This document shows, one piece after another, positions 25,402 through 38,160 of a stretch of 64,000 nucleotides of DNA. A model generated the notes under the pieces. That model searched no databases. It had not been told where the DNA came from and was given only the letters and a program-made list of their open reading frames with translations. Every line of letters begins with the position of its first letter. Position 1 is the first letter of the stretch. The translations under genes were made by a program, and so were the position numbers. Source of the stretch: Moniliella sp. 'wahieum' (lineage: Eukaryota); contig RSEE01000085.1 in NCBI GenBank assembly GCA_003971905.1, positions 62,001 through 126,000 of the forward strand, in the 5' to 3' direction.

Positions 25402-26741
25402 GGAGGGAGGGAAGGAGGACGCGGTAGTGGGGGTGGTGGCGGTGGCGGTGGTGGTGGTGGCCGCCGAGCCCATCAGCCCGAGGCCCGGCCCTGGGGCTGG
25501 CGGCGCTCCACGCACACCCATGCGCGCGCCGCACCAGAGCAGTGACAGCGAGTGGGCCGGCGAGCGTGTCTGGCTGGGTGGCGCTAGTGTCCTGACGTAA
25601 GCGCATGACCTGCCCCTGCATCCGCTATCAGCCATCCCACCACCCATCACCGGTCATATATCTTACCTTGCATTCTGAGAACAAATGCCACCAAATACTC
25701 CTTCCCCCCTCGAATTGGTCCCTGGCAGTGTCAGGTCCACCCGGCCTATTCTGGATGGGAGTGGATGCCAGGTGTCCTGCAGGCTGAGATGGGACTGACC
25801 TCCCCCAAAGTGTGTTTTTCCTCCATATGGGGCTTCCGCAAGTAGAAGATGTCAAGTGCCAAGATGGTGGCCAGTCGGACCGCCACCTTGACCATCTGCA
25901 TCATTGACCCCGAGCAGGTGCAAAAGTATACGTGGGTGAAGGGTAACTAGTGGTACGGGAACGGTTGAGTTGGCATGCTCTATAAGAAGGGGTGTATCCT
26001 CTTATTCTTTGTCTGTCGGAGCCTTTGGTGGCTAGGATTGACAAAGTGTTAGTGGGGACAATGGGGCACAGCACGGCCAATTACGGGTCTTGTCAACCAC
26101 AACTCGATGGTTTCGGTTCGAGGGGCAACATTGGGGTCATCCTAGTCACGAACCAGTCTGATGCCCTCATGTGTCCCTGTCGCGCACTTGCCGTTTGGAC
26201 CGTAAGGGTTTTGAGTTTGGTCTGCCCGACCAGGAAGAGGGACCACCTATTCGAGGCATCCATGCCTGCCGCACGTCCGTAGAAAGTGCTACCAGCTGAT
26301 GCTCGCCAGTCACCGCCCCAACGCAACCAGTGCGGAAGATCGGAGGTCAGAGAACCTGATATGCTTGCCAATCGCGCACGCGGCATGGTTGCTTCCAAAT
26401 GGGACCCTTTGCGAAGCGGACCAAAAGGGGGAACGTCAAAGTTCCCAATCCTCTTCTTCTCAGATTCACAATTCAACTAAACTCCAAGTTACGCTGTCAT
26501 GTCGGATCCCGTTCTTCCTGTTCTTGAGCAATGTCATCTGCCAGCACATGGGCCACTGGAATAGGCACTTGGTAAGGTGCGAAAAAAGCCGGTCAACTCG
26601 ACACAGGACAGATGTCTCCAACCAATGGAATGGGCAAAGCAATAGGATACATGAAGACCTCCCCCTCCGTTCCCCACCCACAGAAAGGAAAGGGAAAGCA
26701 AGATAATGGGTAGCATTAGGGGGCGTTTGAAACGAGTGCAG

Positions 26742-27293
26742 CTAGTACAGGTCGCCTTCGTCGCCGTGTTCGACAAAGGCGTGTGTCCGCTTGAGCACCG
26801 CAGCATCGGCGGCATGGCGGGCGTGTCGCGCCTCGGCCTCGGCGCGCCGCATCTTGTCCAAATCCTTGTGGGAAAACTGGCCGGGCGGGAAGGGAGCAGC
26901 GATCTGAGGAGGCACTTCGTCTTCCCGTTCCAGATCCACCTCGCCCAGCACCACGACGTTTTCTCCCCGTACCAGGTAGACACCCAACGGAATCTCCCCA
27001 TATTGCTGGCCCACATAGACACGTTCCACAGTGTCCTGAAGGATCAGGTTGGCTGTGGGATCCAGACATGATCAGAAGGACAGAGAGAGAGAGACCGAAT
27101 GACAGCCAGGTAGACAAACGGGGGGGAGGACGAACGTACCGAATTGGTCGTATGATCGCAAGACACCGACGTACTTGCGGCCATCGCGGAGGACGGCAAT
27201 GACCTTCTTGTCCACAATCTCAGAGAGCGCGCCCGAGGTAGTGAAGGCGATGTTGGCCGCAAGTGCGCCGGCTGCATCGACAGCAGCATCCAT
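26742..27293 (-). CDS. LSM1: Sm-like protein Lsm1 (mRNA decapping activator), 2 exons
   Basis: FTTSGALSEIVDKKVIAVLRDGRKYVGVLRSYDQF|ANLILQDTVER...GVYLVRGENVVVLGEVDL. Intron ~27139-27053. Confidence 0.95.
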
Positions 27294-27598
27294 GGCAGCG
27301 GGTGTGAGAGCGGGGCCGGGAGCGGGAGCGGCTGCTGGTCTGGGGACCGCGCAGACCAGACCAGACGCCATCCCCCCGGCCGGGCGGGCTGCGACGAAGC
27401 GGCCGGGACGACTGCTCCTTGCGCAAAATCCAACGCAAAAATGCGAGGAAACCCGCTGAACATTGCAAGAGGCGCGTCTATTTTCGCGTATTTTCGCGTG
27501 GTTTACCCGTGGCGCTGGGCCGGCTGGGCCGAGGCGGGGGGGCGGACTGGGGCGCACGCGATGGACGCCGCCACCATCTGCTTCGACGCCACGCCGCG

Positions 27599-29400
27599 AT
27601 GGCCCGCAAGCGCAAAGCGACCGCCGTGTCCAGCACGGAAGCTGGCTCTGGCTCTGGATCGGCTGCAGCGGCGACGGCGCCTGCTCCTCGTACGTCGGCC
27701 ACCCCCACGCCGGCCGACGACACTCGCGCGCGCAGCCGCAGTGCCGGTCCAGGCGCCGCTGCCAAAGCCAGCAAAAAGCGCGCGCTCCACCCCGCCCCAA
27801 GCCGTGCCGGCTCCGAAGCCAGCTCCGATGTTTTACAGCGCGCAGACAAGGAGCAGAGCGTAGACGCCCTCCTGCCGAAGATGCAGAGGTAGAGGAGCTG
27901 ATGGACGAGGAACTGTATTGTATCTGCCAAACCCTCTACGACGGCGATCGGGTCATGTTGGCGTGCGACGTGTGCGACCAATGGTACCACACTTCCTGCA
28001 TGAAGATCAAGGACGACGATGCGGCGCTGGTGGAGCGGTTTGTGTGTAGCCAGTGCCGGCCCAAGACGAAACTGCAGACGACATGGAAGACCAAGTGCAA
28101 GCGAGCGACGTGCAAATCGGCTGCCCTCTTGCCCCTCTCCAAGTTCTGCTCCGAAGCATGCGGTGTGGCCCACATGCACACGCTCATCACCCGAGCCGTA
28201 GGCTCTCGCAAGACCAAGGCCGCCATGGAGGCGGTGGATAAAATGTATGGCCCTGTCGTAGCAGCGGCTCGGCCCGCGCGGGCGTACCCCAGTGGGTCGA
28301 CAACATCCCGAGCGCGGCCCCCGCTGCCGGCACGGCTGGGCCGCCTGGCTTCCCCCCGGTCTACCTGCCACCGGTGTGGATGTGACGTCTCCTGAAGGCT
28401 TGACGTCTCTTTGGAACCAACGGTTTTCAGTAGGGGGCGTATGTGTCAAAGAAGGAAGGGTCTTCCCACTTCCTGCTCAGACCGGCTCCCGCCCCTGCTC
28501 TGGACCTGGTCACGTTTGCTGCCTGCCACGGTCAGCTGATGGATGAGGAAGTGGAAGGAGACATGAGACGGTTGAGCAAGATTTCCCACAAATCCGGCCA
28601 GTTGGAAGAGGAAGTGGTGCTGACGCGGTCGCATTGGACGAGACCCTGCTCCACTTGACTGTGCTCAAGCAACAAGAGGAAGTGGCTCAAGCCCGGAAGA
28701 ATTTGACTTTGCATGCCATTTCTCGGATTCCGAACCTGCCACGAGGTGAGCCTTCTGTCGAGCCCCGCAGGAAGAAGGGAGGACGAAACACCGCCGAGAG
28801 TATGCGAGGTGTGGGTATGATGAGCGCTGGCTTGGCCAGATGAGAGGCTGGCCCGATCTCAAGGTTTCCCCGCTGGATCTCGTCTAGTTCGGGCGACGAA
28901 AGCCGATGCATCCGCCTCTCTCCCTGAGACCGAGCCTGCCCAGCCAGACTTGGCCGACATTGAGTTGGTGGAGGAATGGGCACCAATCGATCTCGCTTGG
29001 GACGAGATGACGAAGGAGGATGGAACGTATGGCGACGATGCTTCGCGCCCTACGAAAGTGTGTGCGCCGCTTCACGCAGATGTAAGCTACACGCCGGATG
29101 GCAAGAACTCTATCGACTTTCTTCCCAAAACCGCCAACAGGCGTTGGTACGTCTCATTCATGTTGGCGTCTTTTTTATTTTTTGAGTGCTCACACTTTTG
29201 TATGCTGCCAGAAAACCAAGCTCACATCGTTGGAGGAACAGGCAAACACTACTCGTCTGCGGCTCGACCAACTGGAAAAAACAACTGTCGGCAGCCGAAG
29301 CCATGGCGTCGGAGCAATTGGCGCGGACGCTTGCCCAAAAACGAGATCGATTCTGGCGGGCGGGGGCGTAACGGTGGCCGATACGGACGCGCCGGCTTGA
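27599..29400 (+). CDS. SPP1: COMPASS/Set1C PHD-finger subunit Spp1 (CFP1-like); frameshifted, end approximate
   Basis: PHD finger LYCICQTLYDGDRVMLACDVCDQWYHTSCMKI...FVCSQC followed by C..ATC...A..PLSKFCSEACG, and a C-terminal RRCKLHAGWQEL typical of fungal Spp1. Confidence 0.8.
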
Positions 29401-30279
29401 TGACGATGGGCGCAAGAAGCAAAGCATGGTCCTCCTTTCTGGTAAGCGTGCGGCCATGTGGCCTTGAGCCTACCCTCGTGCTGAGCCCAATCTTCATCTA
29501 TCAGATGCAGCAAAACCGTATCACCGGTCCCCCACCGGCCCCCCCCCTCGCTTCCACGTCCTGGCTCATATCTGCGGTCTGTGTGTTGGCTGCGTAGCAT
29601 CTATGCATACGTGCACCATCATATATCACTACCACCTGGTTGGCCCGGTGAGATGCCAAACAGTGCAAACCGCTGCCCCCGAGATCGCTTTACCACTCCC
29701 ACCTATCTTCGTCTCGGCCTTGGATCCGAGTCTCCAAGTCCCAGAGCCTGACTCACTCCCAGCACACCATACTGCAATGACACCCACCCCCGCTGGTACT
29801 CTGGTGGCGTGCCAAGCTGGGATATATAGCTAGACGCTATAGGCGGTGGGGGGGACTGCCAGAACGCCTGGATCCAATTTTCGAATATCCGTGACGACGC
29901 ACATGATTGCCTGTCCGTTGCAGTCTCTGCGTTTCTCACAATGCACACGTACTGCTCCATCCCTCCCACGACACCACCACCGCCATCCTGCTCTAGCCTT
30001 ACAAGCAGGGCTATTTTGGCGGGAAAGTCATACCTGCCAATACGCCAGCCGACCAAGCCAAGTAGAATCGACAAGCATACATAGCATTAAGCAAAGCAGA
30101 GCAAAGCCAGAGTCGCCGTGTCAATGGCGCACCAGCAAATAAAAATAGACGCGCACCAGCCAACCAACCCAGGTCCTCCTTTGCCCACATCCACCCGCGC
30201 GTCGGCAAAGTGAATACGGGAGAGCGCGATGAGAGCTGGGGGTGGGCAGATAACAAATAAACAAAAAAAAAAAGAACGC

Positions 30280-31036
30280 GAAGAACCAACCATCCATCCT
30301 CTACATCCGCCCACGCTCATCCCAAGCACTGGCCAGGCACACGAAGCGACCAGCGTGCCGGGCACACGGACCATCGTGCTCGAGCTCTTGTACGCTACCG
30401 AAGCAGTTGCGGCCAGCGAGTTAGACTGGGCCGGGAAGGCGGAAGACAGCAAGGCGACAAGAATCGACCGAGGCCGACGAAGCGGCCGACGTAGGCACGG
30501 CATTGTTTACGCTGCTCGGAACGGTGTAGGCGGGTGTGGTGCCAAACGAGCCGGGTTACCACCACCCGAGCCGAGTGCGCTACTGGAGTTGGCCTGCGAG
30601 TTGGCCGGGCCAAAAAAGAAGGCGCGGGAGCACAAAGCTCGACGTGGAGGCCGGGCCAGAAAAGCTGGAATGGGTGAGGGCTGGGTAGGGACAGCGGGGG
30701 CAGGGCACAAAAGGACGCAGTCAGGTCGCGAGTGGGAAGCGAGTCACGGGCGGAGGACGTATGTCACTGAGGAAACATGGTCAAAGGCAGGACTGGAGGT
30801 GGTGGGGCTGGAAGACGCGCTTGGCTGCGCAAAGGGAGCCTGGAGCATGGATGAGTGGATGGGGCAGAACGGGTGTACGCAAAGACAGAGGGGCCACACG
30901 TACCGCTCCTGACGTTTGGCGCTTGGCGGGCAGGCGGGGGCGGGGGGAACGCCGGCGGCAGCGTGGCCACCACCAGCGAGGGCAAGCAGGCGAGGCCGAT
31001 GGCGAGCAGCACGCGCAGCACGTGCACGAGCGGCAT
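30280..31036 (-). CDS. Putative secreted Ser/Thr/Ala-rich, possibly GPI-anchored cell-surface protein
   Basis: Signal-peptide-like MPLVHVLRVLLAIGLACLPSLVVA, a GTACGT intron donor at ~30904, Ser/Thr-rich segments (QPSASSSPTTSSP, NSQANSSSA, AQSNSLAATAS) and a hydrophobic tail. Reading frame is broken. Confidence 0.5.
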
Positions 31037-31846
31037 CGGTCAGAGTGGGTGGAACACAAGGGATGGGGTGGCCGCCGCCAACCGGCTGCCCCAGCACGCA
31101 CTGCATTCTATTCACTTGCGATCGATTGGCTAGGCGGGGCAGATGCGGGCAGATCCCAGCAGGCCAGCGCACGGCCACAGGTGTCCCCAGCAGTAGGGTT
31201 GGTTGTGTCTGTTTGTTCCCACTTGCACTTTCCGTCAACCATCCATCATGCCTCGCCCACCTCAGGCCGGCCTCATCCACCATCGATCCCCTGACCTGTG
31301 GCTTCGGACCATCTGGACTGGTCCTGCTGTGCTGCTGAAGGAATGGCAAGGTGGAGTCCACTCCTCCTCGGCTGCGCGTCCCAGCAGACAGATTGGAGGA
31401 GGTATAGAGCGTAAGGCAGACACATAATCCAAAGAGCACCAGTGGTGCCTTCTCCCTGCCAGGCCTCGCCCGCTCCCGCTGCCGGCCATCCCGACTATTG
31501 AACTCAACAAATAGATATCTCGCCTGTCGCAGTCGCCCCCGTATGCAACAGAACTCTACATCGCACTTATTGGCGCTCTGCACCACGCACTGCCCACCAC
31601 CTCACGTGCTGGCCATGCATAGCGAAAGAAAAGGAAGACCCCGTAGGGAACAGTGCCCGCCCGCCCAGCACGAGGGTATGAGAGCCAAATCAGGAAGAGA
31701 GCGCCACATTGATGGAGGGTGTGGCTGCTGGAGACAAAAGGAGGCGCATCATGTCATCGTTGCGGTCGATGCTGCCAGGAGCAAAGACAATTCAAACAGC
31801 GACACAGTAAGGTGGTGTTGGGGAAAGGGGTGGGAGGAAGGAAGAG

Positions 31847-32460
31847 TCAAAAGCCACCCCATGTTCCCCGGATTCGTCGGGCGAGTTGAATATCTCGTTG
31901 CATAATAGTAACTCTCTGTGGCCGGGAAGAGACAATGTCAGTGATCCAACAACGGGGAGAGAAGGAAGGGGGGAGGGGGACAAACTTTGGCATGGATGGC
32001 ACACAGGTTCCTAGTCGCAGCCAACGCGCACGAGCAAGCAGATGAGTGGTCAGCACAGCACACTTCGCAGCGTTGCATCCGGATCCAACGTTGCAGCACA
32101 ACGCGGCTTGGAAGAAACAACGTACGCGTCTTCAAAGAGGTGAGTAAGGTACGCCTCGGTTGCTTCCTGCAAAGCAAGAATGGCAGACGACTGCCACCTG
32201 AGTCCAATGTCGCGTGATCCTGAGCCCGGGTAGAGCGAGCTCACCAGCTCGTCTGCCACCTCGCGCACAACGCGGGCAAAGGGGAGTTTTGCAATGAGCA
32301 GGTCGGTGCTGCGCTGGTACTTTCGGATCTCACGCAAGGCGACCGTGCCGGGCTTGAACCGCCTTCGGGCGGCGTCGGACCCACGCGGGCGGCGGGGCGA
32401 CGCGCGGGCTGGTGGACCACGGCCTGGGACCGTCTTTTTGCCGCCAGTGTACGGGGGCAT
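31847..32460 (-). CDS. CSE4: Centromeric histone H3 variant CENP-A/Cse4, 3 exons (32460-32126, 32010-31986, 31915-31847)
   Basis: Histone fold [34 protein letters not shown]...[51 protein letters not shown]. CenH3 diagnostics: no H3 Gln68, Trp at Phe84, extended loop 1, non-H3 N-tail. Confidence 0.93.
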
Positions 32461-34769
32461 GGCAGAGCGGCGGAAGGAAGGGGAGAGGCAGCGCCGCAAC
32501 GGAGGGGAGGAGGCGGGAGCGCGGGGAGAGCGCGGGCGAGGAGGCGGGCGGGTGGAGATGGGAGCCAAAGGGACAAGACGCGTAGGACAGCGAGCGAGTG
32601 GACACTCACGAGGCGCGGCACGCCAGCACACGTCGTCCGGATCTCGGAGTGCCCGCCTGCCTGCGCCTGGCACGACAGCCGCGTTGCACCGATTGGGCCA
32701 GCGCGTCGCGTCCAACCAGGAATCATTAAGCCGACTCCTGAACGCCTGAACCTCAACCCACGCAGGCTCATTGTTGCAACATTGCACACTAGGCCCCACC
32801 CTGCGGTGGCGGAATGCGACAGATTCCGCTCCCTAGCTATCGTCTGTAAGTCTCCACTTGATCTTGGGTTGTTGGCCCAATGGCGGGGGTGGAGCTGGAC
32901 AACATGTACTTTTGTCAGACAGCGCACGTCTTTCACTTCCCTGCCCTTGAGGCGGCCAGTTCGAAAGTAGCTTGGGGCAGCTGCGCGACGCAGTCGACAT
33001 TTGCACAATGCCCCTCCTGCAGCCTGACCATCAATGATCCACGTCATCTTCGACCCGGTATTGGCTGCTCTGGGCTTCATCCAAGATGTATCTTCTTCCA
33101 CAGCTTGAGGATGGAGAGTCGGAGATATAAGAGCTCCTGCACCCCACATATCCCCCTTTGGTCCTCATCTACAGAAGGAATCTCCTTAAAACAAAAGCAG
33201 AACCCGTGCCGGGCCTCAACGCCTAGTTCGCTCCGCCCACCTCGTACTGGTTGCTGTTGTCCAACTTCCTACCGTTTGCACGGGATTGGGTGTTGTCTCG
33301 TGCCCTTCTCGGAATCGCCAAACCGCCCAGCCCTTCCAACAGCCCTTTTTTAGACGGATGGATACCTACGCCTAAGCACCAAAACTTGAAGCGACTGCAT
33401 ATCAGGGCCGAATGAAGTCGATGAACACTTGTTAGACCGTGGTGGATTCGAAAATGGAAGTGCGTTGTGGGGACGGCGGCGGTCAATAACGTCAAATGAG
33501 ACGATGGTGGGAAAGACAATATATAATGAACAGTGAATAACGTTGAACTGAGCAGGTATGGTACCCACACAAAAAGACGTGCAGATGGTGTCGCCAAGAC
33601 GAGCAAACACGTGTGATCCTTGCGGGACGTGGCAGGAAATCGAAAGCAAAAGCGCAAATAGAGCGCAGAGAGTGGAGCTCGACAGATCAAGCCTCGGTAG
33701 CTGCTGGTAGGAGGACCCACAGATGGAGCATAGTTACCTTACAGTATCTGCTTCAGAGTGGCATATGGGTCATTTTGCGCAAGTCCAAAGTGGTGATCCA
33801 AAAAAAGCACCATCAGGCCCAAAGTTGTAGACGTTCTTGGTATTAGCCCAATGTGACGGGGGTGCTATGGATGCCCTTCTCTCTTCTGCTTCGCTGGCAA
33901 AAAAAAGTATAATCTGTTCACTATCATCACCTCTGCCACCATAAACAAAGGCGTCAGTCATGAGGGGGGCTATTGCCCTTTCGTTTGCGCAGAGTTCACA
34001 ATGGCCATCTTGTATAGCTGCTGCCTCACCTGTATCTGCGCACTGTGCCTTCCTTTTTTCGGGTCAAGATCACCCTCTGTCCGAGGGTATGTTGCCTATC
34101 ATCAATTTCGATTTATTGATCCTTCCTCCCTTGAAGACTCTACTCGAGTTCTGGGGTACCTCACCAGGCCTGCCCTTAGACGGCTCAACCGTGGCCACTC
34201 CTGAGGCGTTTGCTGAGATTCCTTTCGCGGAAAGTGTTTAAGGGTTGGGATGCGGCAAAAGAGGCTGGGAACAGTGCAATGGTCATCCTCCATTCGTGCC
34301 AAAGTTGAGAAAGCGAGAGAGAAGTGGTCAACGCGGGGTTCCACACGTGAATACAGGGTGCTGCGAGTCCCTCTCGGGAGCACATATACCAATTCCCTTG
34401 CAACTGCAACTCTGCTCTGGCGCTTTCTCTGTTTTCCAAGTGGAAAAGTGTTGGCCAAAACAATGTTACTCTGAGGCCTATTATAGGGCCTCAACGTTCA
34501 AATGCTATCAACTCAGCCTGTATCATGATCGCCTGTGTGTGCCCACGTTCCTTTCTACCTATAAAACAAGAAAAAAGTATACCAAAATGAGATTCCTTCC
34601 ATGTATCCATCCCCCACTGGTTCCAATGCAAAAAAACAGCAAGGGCATCCTCGAATGTAGCACTGAACTCCCATGCCAGTGAGGGGCAATGCCAGCTTGG
34701 TGTGGCTAAGATGGGTGCGCTTAGCTGGTGGCCCAGCAGGCCGCGTCCCAGAACGATGAGCGCCCACAT

Positions 34770-35015
34770 TTAGTGGTTGCACGAGCCGCACGAAGTGCCG
34801 CACGACGAGCAGCTGCCCGAGGAGCAGGTGCAGGTGGATTGGTAGAGCAAGGGCACTGTCCAAAGCATCAATTGGTTCGTGACGGCATACAGAAGAATCA
34901 ACCGAGTCAGCAGCTGATCGTATCCGTTGAAACGCCCCGGTAAGCGCCATCAGGACATCGGCAATACAGGGTAGCGCAGAAAACCACCCGTCAGAGAATC
35001 ACCACGTACCGCCAT
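34770..35015 (-). CDS. Small fungal metallothionein (~30 aa, 8 Cys), 2 exons: 35015-35010 and 34855-34770; needs one inserted base at ~34839
   Basis: ATG GCG|GTACGT...GCTGAC...CAG|TGC CCT TGC TCT ACC AA- TCC ACC TGC ACC TGC TCC TCG GGC AGC TGC TCG TCG TGC GGC ACT TCG TGC GGC TCG TGC AAC CAC TAA gives MACPCST(x)STCTCSSGSCSSCGTSCGSCNH. Confidence 0.8.
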
Positions 35016-35122
35016 TGTGAAAAGGTAGAGGAAAGTGGAAGTAAGGTGGAGAGGCGGAGAGTGAGGCTGTAGAGGGGTGTGGGGGTGAGGGAAGAAAAGA
35101 TGAGCAAGGGAAGGGGGCCCGG

Positions 35123-35129
35123 TTTTATA
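35123..35129 (-). promoter_or_regulatory. TATA box (TATAAAA) of the metallothionein gene
   Basis: + strand TTTTATA about 110 bp upstream of the ATG at 35015, followed by a CT-rich leader on the minus strand. Confidence 0.55.
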
Positions 35130-36479
35130 CCTTTTTTTCAGGACGGGATTCCCAAGAAAGCTGGCTCGACCGCAGCGGGAGAAGAAACGAGGACCTGGCT
35201 CGAGAAAGTCCGTTTCCTGGTCCACATGGCGCACGACATCCTACTTGGCCCTGCGGGCGCAGAGTAACAGTGTAGCAAAAGATAGGAGAGCAGAGAATGA
35301 GGATGACCGGTGAGAGAAGGTGTGAGATGTGAGATCCAAAGAATACCCGCGATCCGAGCTCCTGTAGTCAGTAGTCTAATCAGTACTTAGTTCCTACTGT
35401 TTTCAGTACGATAGACAGGGGGATGTCTGGTCTCAGTGCTCAGTTACTCAGTACTGTACCAAAGCATGTCACAGTGACTAGTGGCTAGCAGCATATATGT
35501 CAGATCGGTCCCACAGTCAAAAGGGACGAGGGCTAAAGTTCATACTCTAGGTGTCTCTGTGCACACTTCTGTGACTGTGCCATAGTGCTGTGATCGTTGC
35601 ATTCGGGCGGGGGAGCCTCCACTTTGGGATTCAAGCTTCAAGCTTCAAGCTCACAGGCCTCAGGTCCTCACGGCCTCAGCCCGGAACGTCGCGAGATCGA
35701 GAAGAAACTTTTCAAGTTGTTGTACCATAGTTCCGACAGGACCCGTGCGAGGATAATGCGAGCGACGACAACCTCCCGCAGGAGACCTAAGCCGCCGAGA
35801 ATGTATTAGAAAGAATTCATTTCTCTGTGTTGGGGGTCGCGCCGCGTAGACGTACTAGAGTTTTGTCTTGCGTTGTCTTTCCATCCCAGTGGTCACATTG
35901 CGCCATTACGTGCAGTACGCATTACGCGTTACGCACTGTATGCCTCACAATTCCGTGGCTTATAGGCTTTGCAGCCCCCTGTCACGTCGTTCTAAGGAAC
36001 ACCAGCCTCCCCACGATCCTTCCTACGCCCAACGCGCCGGCCTCATATACTACTCGTTCGAGAGGTAGGACGCACCTGCGCCAGGGTGGCCACAGATGTA
36101 CAGTTTGGTTTGCATTAGTTGTTACGCTGAGAAGGCAGCCGGGGAGGGGGGGTGACGCAGGTGGAAGAGGTAGAGATGGGGCTGTATAATACGATGAATA
36201 AACACAATATGTGCGAAGAAGAAATACGTTGCACTAATGGATCTCAAAACGGGGGGAATCGCGGGTGGACAAACCCAAAGGCAAGACGGAGAATGGAAAG
36301 AGCGGCAGGGGGGGAGGGCAGTTTGAAGGGGGATAGGAGGTGGTAGCTAGGCCCGCCGGCTGCTGTCTGTGGATAGTGGCGCGGCGTCTGAGTTGGGAGG
36401 GGCGGAATGCTGAACAATGCTGAACCATTAATCACTGGGGGTGGAGCGAAGAGAAGGTGGTCTGGTGTGGTTCGGCTCC

Positions 36480-36521
36480 GGTACGAGTGACTAGGTACGA
36501 GTGACTAGGTGCGAGTGGCTG
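36480..36521. repeat. 14-bp tandem repeat x3 (ggtacgagtgacta; third copy diverged)
   Basis: ggtacgagtgacta ggtacgagtgacta ggtgcgagtggctg read directly. Confidence 0.8.
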
Positions 36522-36851
36522 CTCAGGTACCCCGATCCCAAGATAGGGGGAAGCAGCGCGACGCGAGCGGGGGCCGGTGGCCATTGACGCCGCTGGGAGT
36601 ACCCCGCGGGTCCCCGACCAACCCATTCGGTTTCGTAACCGGCAAGGTGCAAGAAAGGAGGAGCAAAAATGACTGAAGATGGTATAAACTGAACAAAAAA
36701 ACCGGAGAGGGGGAGCAACATCCGCCTGTGCTTGCCACCAGTCCCATACACTTCTCCTCCTGAGAAGGCGAAGCGGGGTGGCCAGCGAGGCGGGTGAGCG
36801 GGCAAGGAGGCTCAAGTGGGAGGGAACGCAGCGGTTGGCATGCATGCCATA

Positions 36852-38160
36852 TCATAGACTCAAGCAGAAGAGGTAGGGCCGACCCTCGATAGAGGCGACC
36901 TGGATGCGGTAATGAGCTGGCCGAAGGCACACCCTTGGGCATGACTTGCCCCCCAACGTATTCGTCAAATGTCGGGTACACATACTCTTGCTCGCGGTAG
37001 GGCTGGGTTTGGTTATGGCAAAGTGAACGGGAGTGATGTGCTTGTAAGCGGCGGCAATCGAAGAATATTCGTGCTTCATCATGGCATCGTCTGTCCATTG
37101 ATCTCGTGCGTCAGCACACCACACCTTGCGTCTTGGCCGGCCCTTGGCCTTGTTGATGATTGATGCGTAGTTGGCTTCGATCGAAGCCGTGGGTTCCGAT
37201 CCACCACTGTGAGGAACAGAGTACAGGTTTAACAGGTGGATGAGGGGGATGAAGGGGAGAGAGAGAGAGGTACACGTACGGGACCACGTTCCAGTCGTCC
37301 GTGTCGTCAGACCAGATGATCGTCTCGAGCCCCAGCTCGTACGCGATCGCGCGCACGCGGTCGTCAACGTCGCCATAGGGAGGTCGCCATGCCGTCACGG
37401 TGACGCCAGTAACCCACTTGATGGCTTTGACCGTGTAATAGAGCTCAGCAAAGACCTGTTTGCTGGTTAGGGCCGTCATGTAGCGGTGGGACCAGGTGTG
37501 GGCGGCAAGCTGGTGGCCATCGGTTAGGCCACGTTGCGCTTGCAATGGCCAGTCCAGCACATTGGAGCCAATGTAGAACATGGTCGCCTTCTGCTTCTTG
37601 GACTTGAGGAAGTCGTAGAAGGAGTTGTGGGTGCAGTTGGGCCCATCGTCAAAGGTCAGGCCCCAGGTGGAAGGGGTAGGGCAGTTGGTGATGTCATGGG
37701 GCAAGGGTTTGTGCTTGGGCTTGGTGCAGGTGGTGGCAGTCCACCAGCAGTCGGGGTCCTTGTCGTAGTCGTAATGGGTGCCCTGGGTGGAATCGTCGGG
37801 GGTTCCCTTGGGATGGATGTTAGCGGGAATGACGCCCGAGCTGTTGATCTTGGCCCAGACTTGGTTCGCCTCCTTGTCGTGGGGCAGGATGTGGGCAATC
37901 TCCCACACGGTGGGGAAGTGGCGGGAAAAGGAATCGGTGGGGGCATAGTCGTAGCCAGCGCACTCGGTGGCTGGGTCCTGGACCGACTGCCAAGTCTGGT
38001 CGTTGTAGGTGGCCTGACGGCGCTCCATGCCGCGCTTGAGGGCCTGGACATGGGCGCGGTGCGACAGATGGCCCGGCACGCCTTGGCCGAGGTGGGCGCT
38101 GGTGGGGACAGCAAGCAACAGACTGCCCACGAGCGCAAGCGGGGCCAGGAGGGGAAGCAT
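36852..38160 (-). CDS. Chitin deacetylase (CE4/NodB), secreted; no obvious GPI tail
   Basis: Signal peptide MLPLLAPLALVGSLLLAVPTSA, DPDCWWT...C, WGLTFDDGPN, HTWSH, WRPPYGDVDDRVRAIA, WSDDTDDW. Intron ~37278-37211. Confidence 0.95.

Noticed and set aside
25650..26480. ORF fragments between MOB2 and LSM1
   Set aside because: No recognisable domain and several stops. Could be old TE debris but this is unsupported.
35560..35566. TGCACAC metal-response-element core upstream of the metallothionein
   Set aside because: A single 7-mer is expected by chance, and MREs are bound by metazoan MTF-1 rather than fungal Ace1/Cuf1-type factors.
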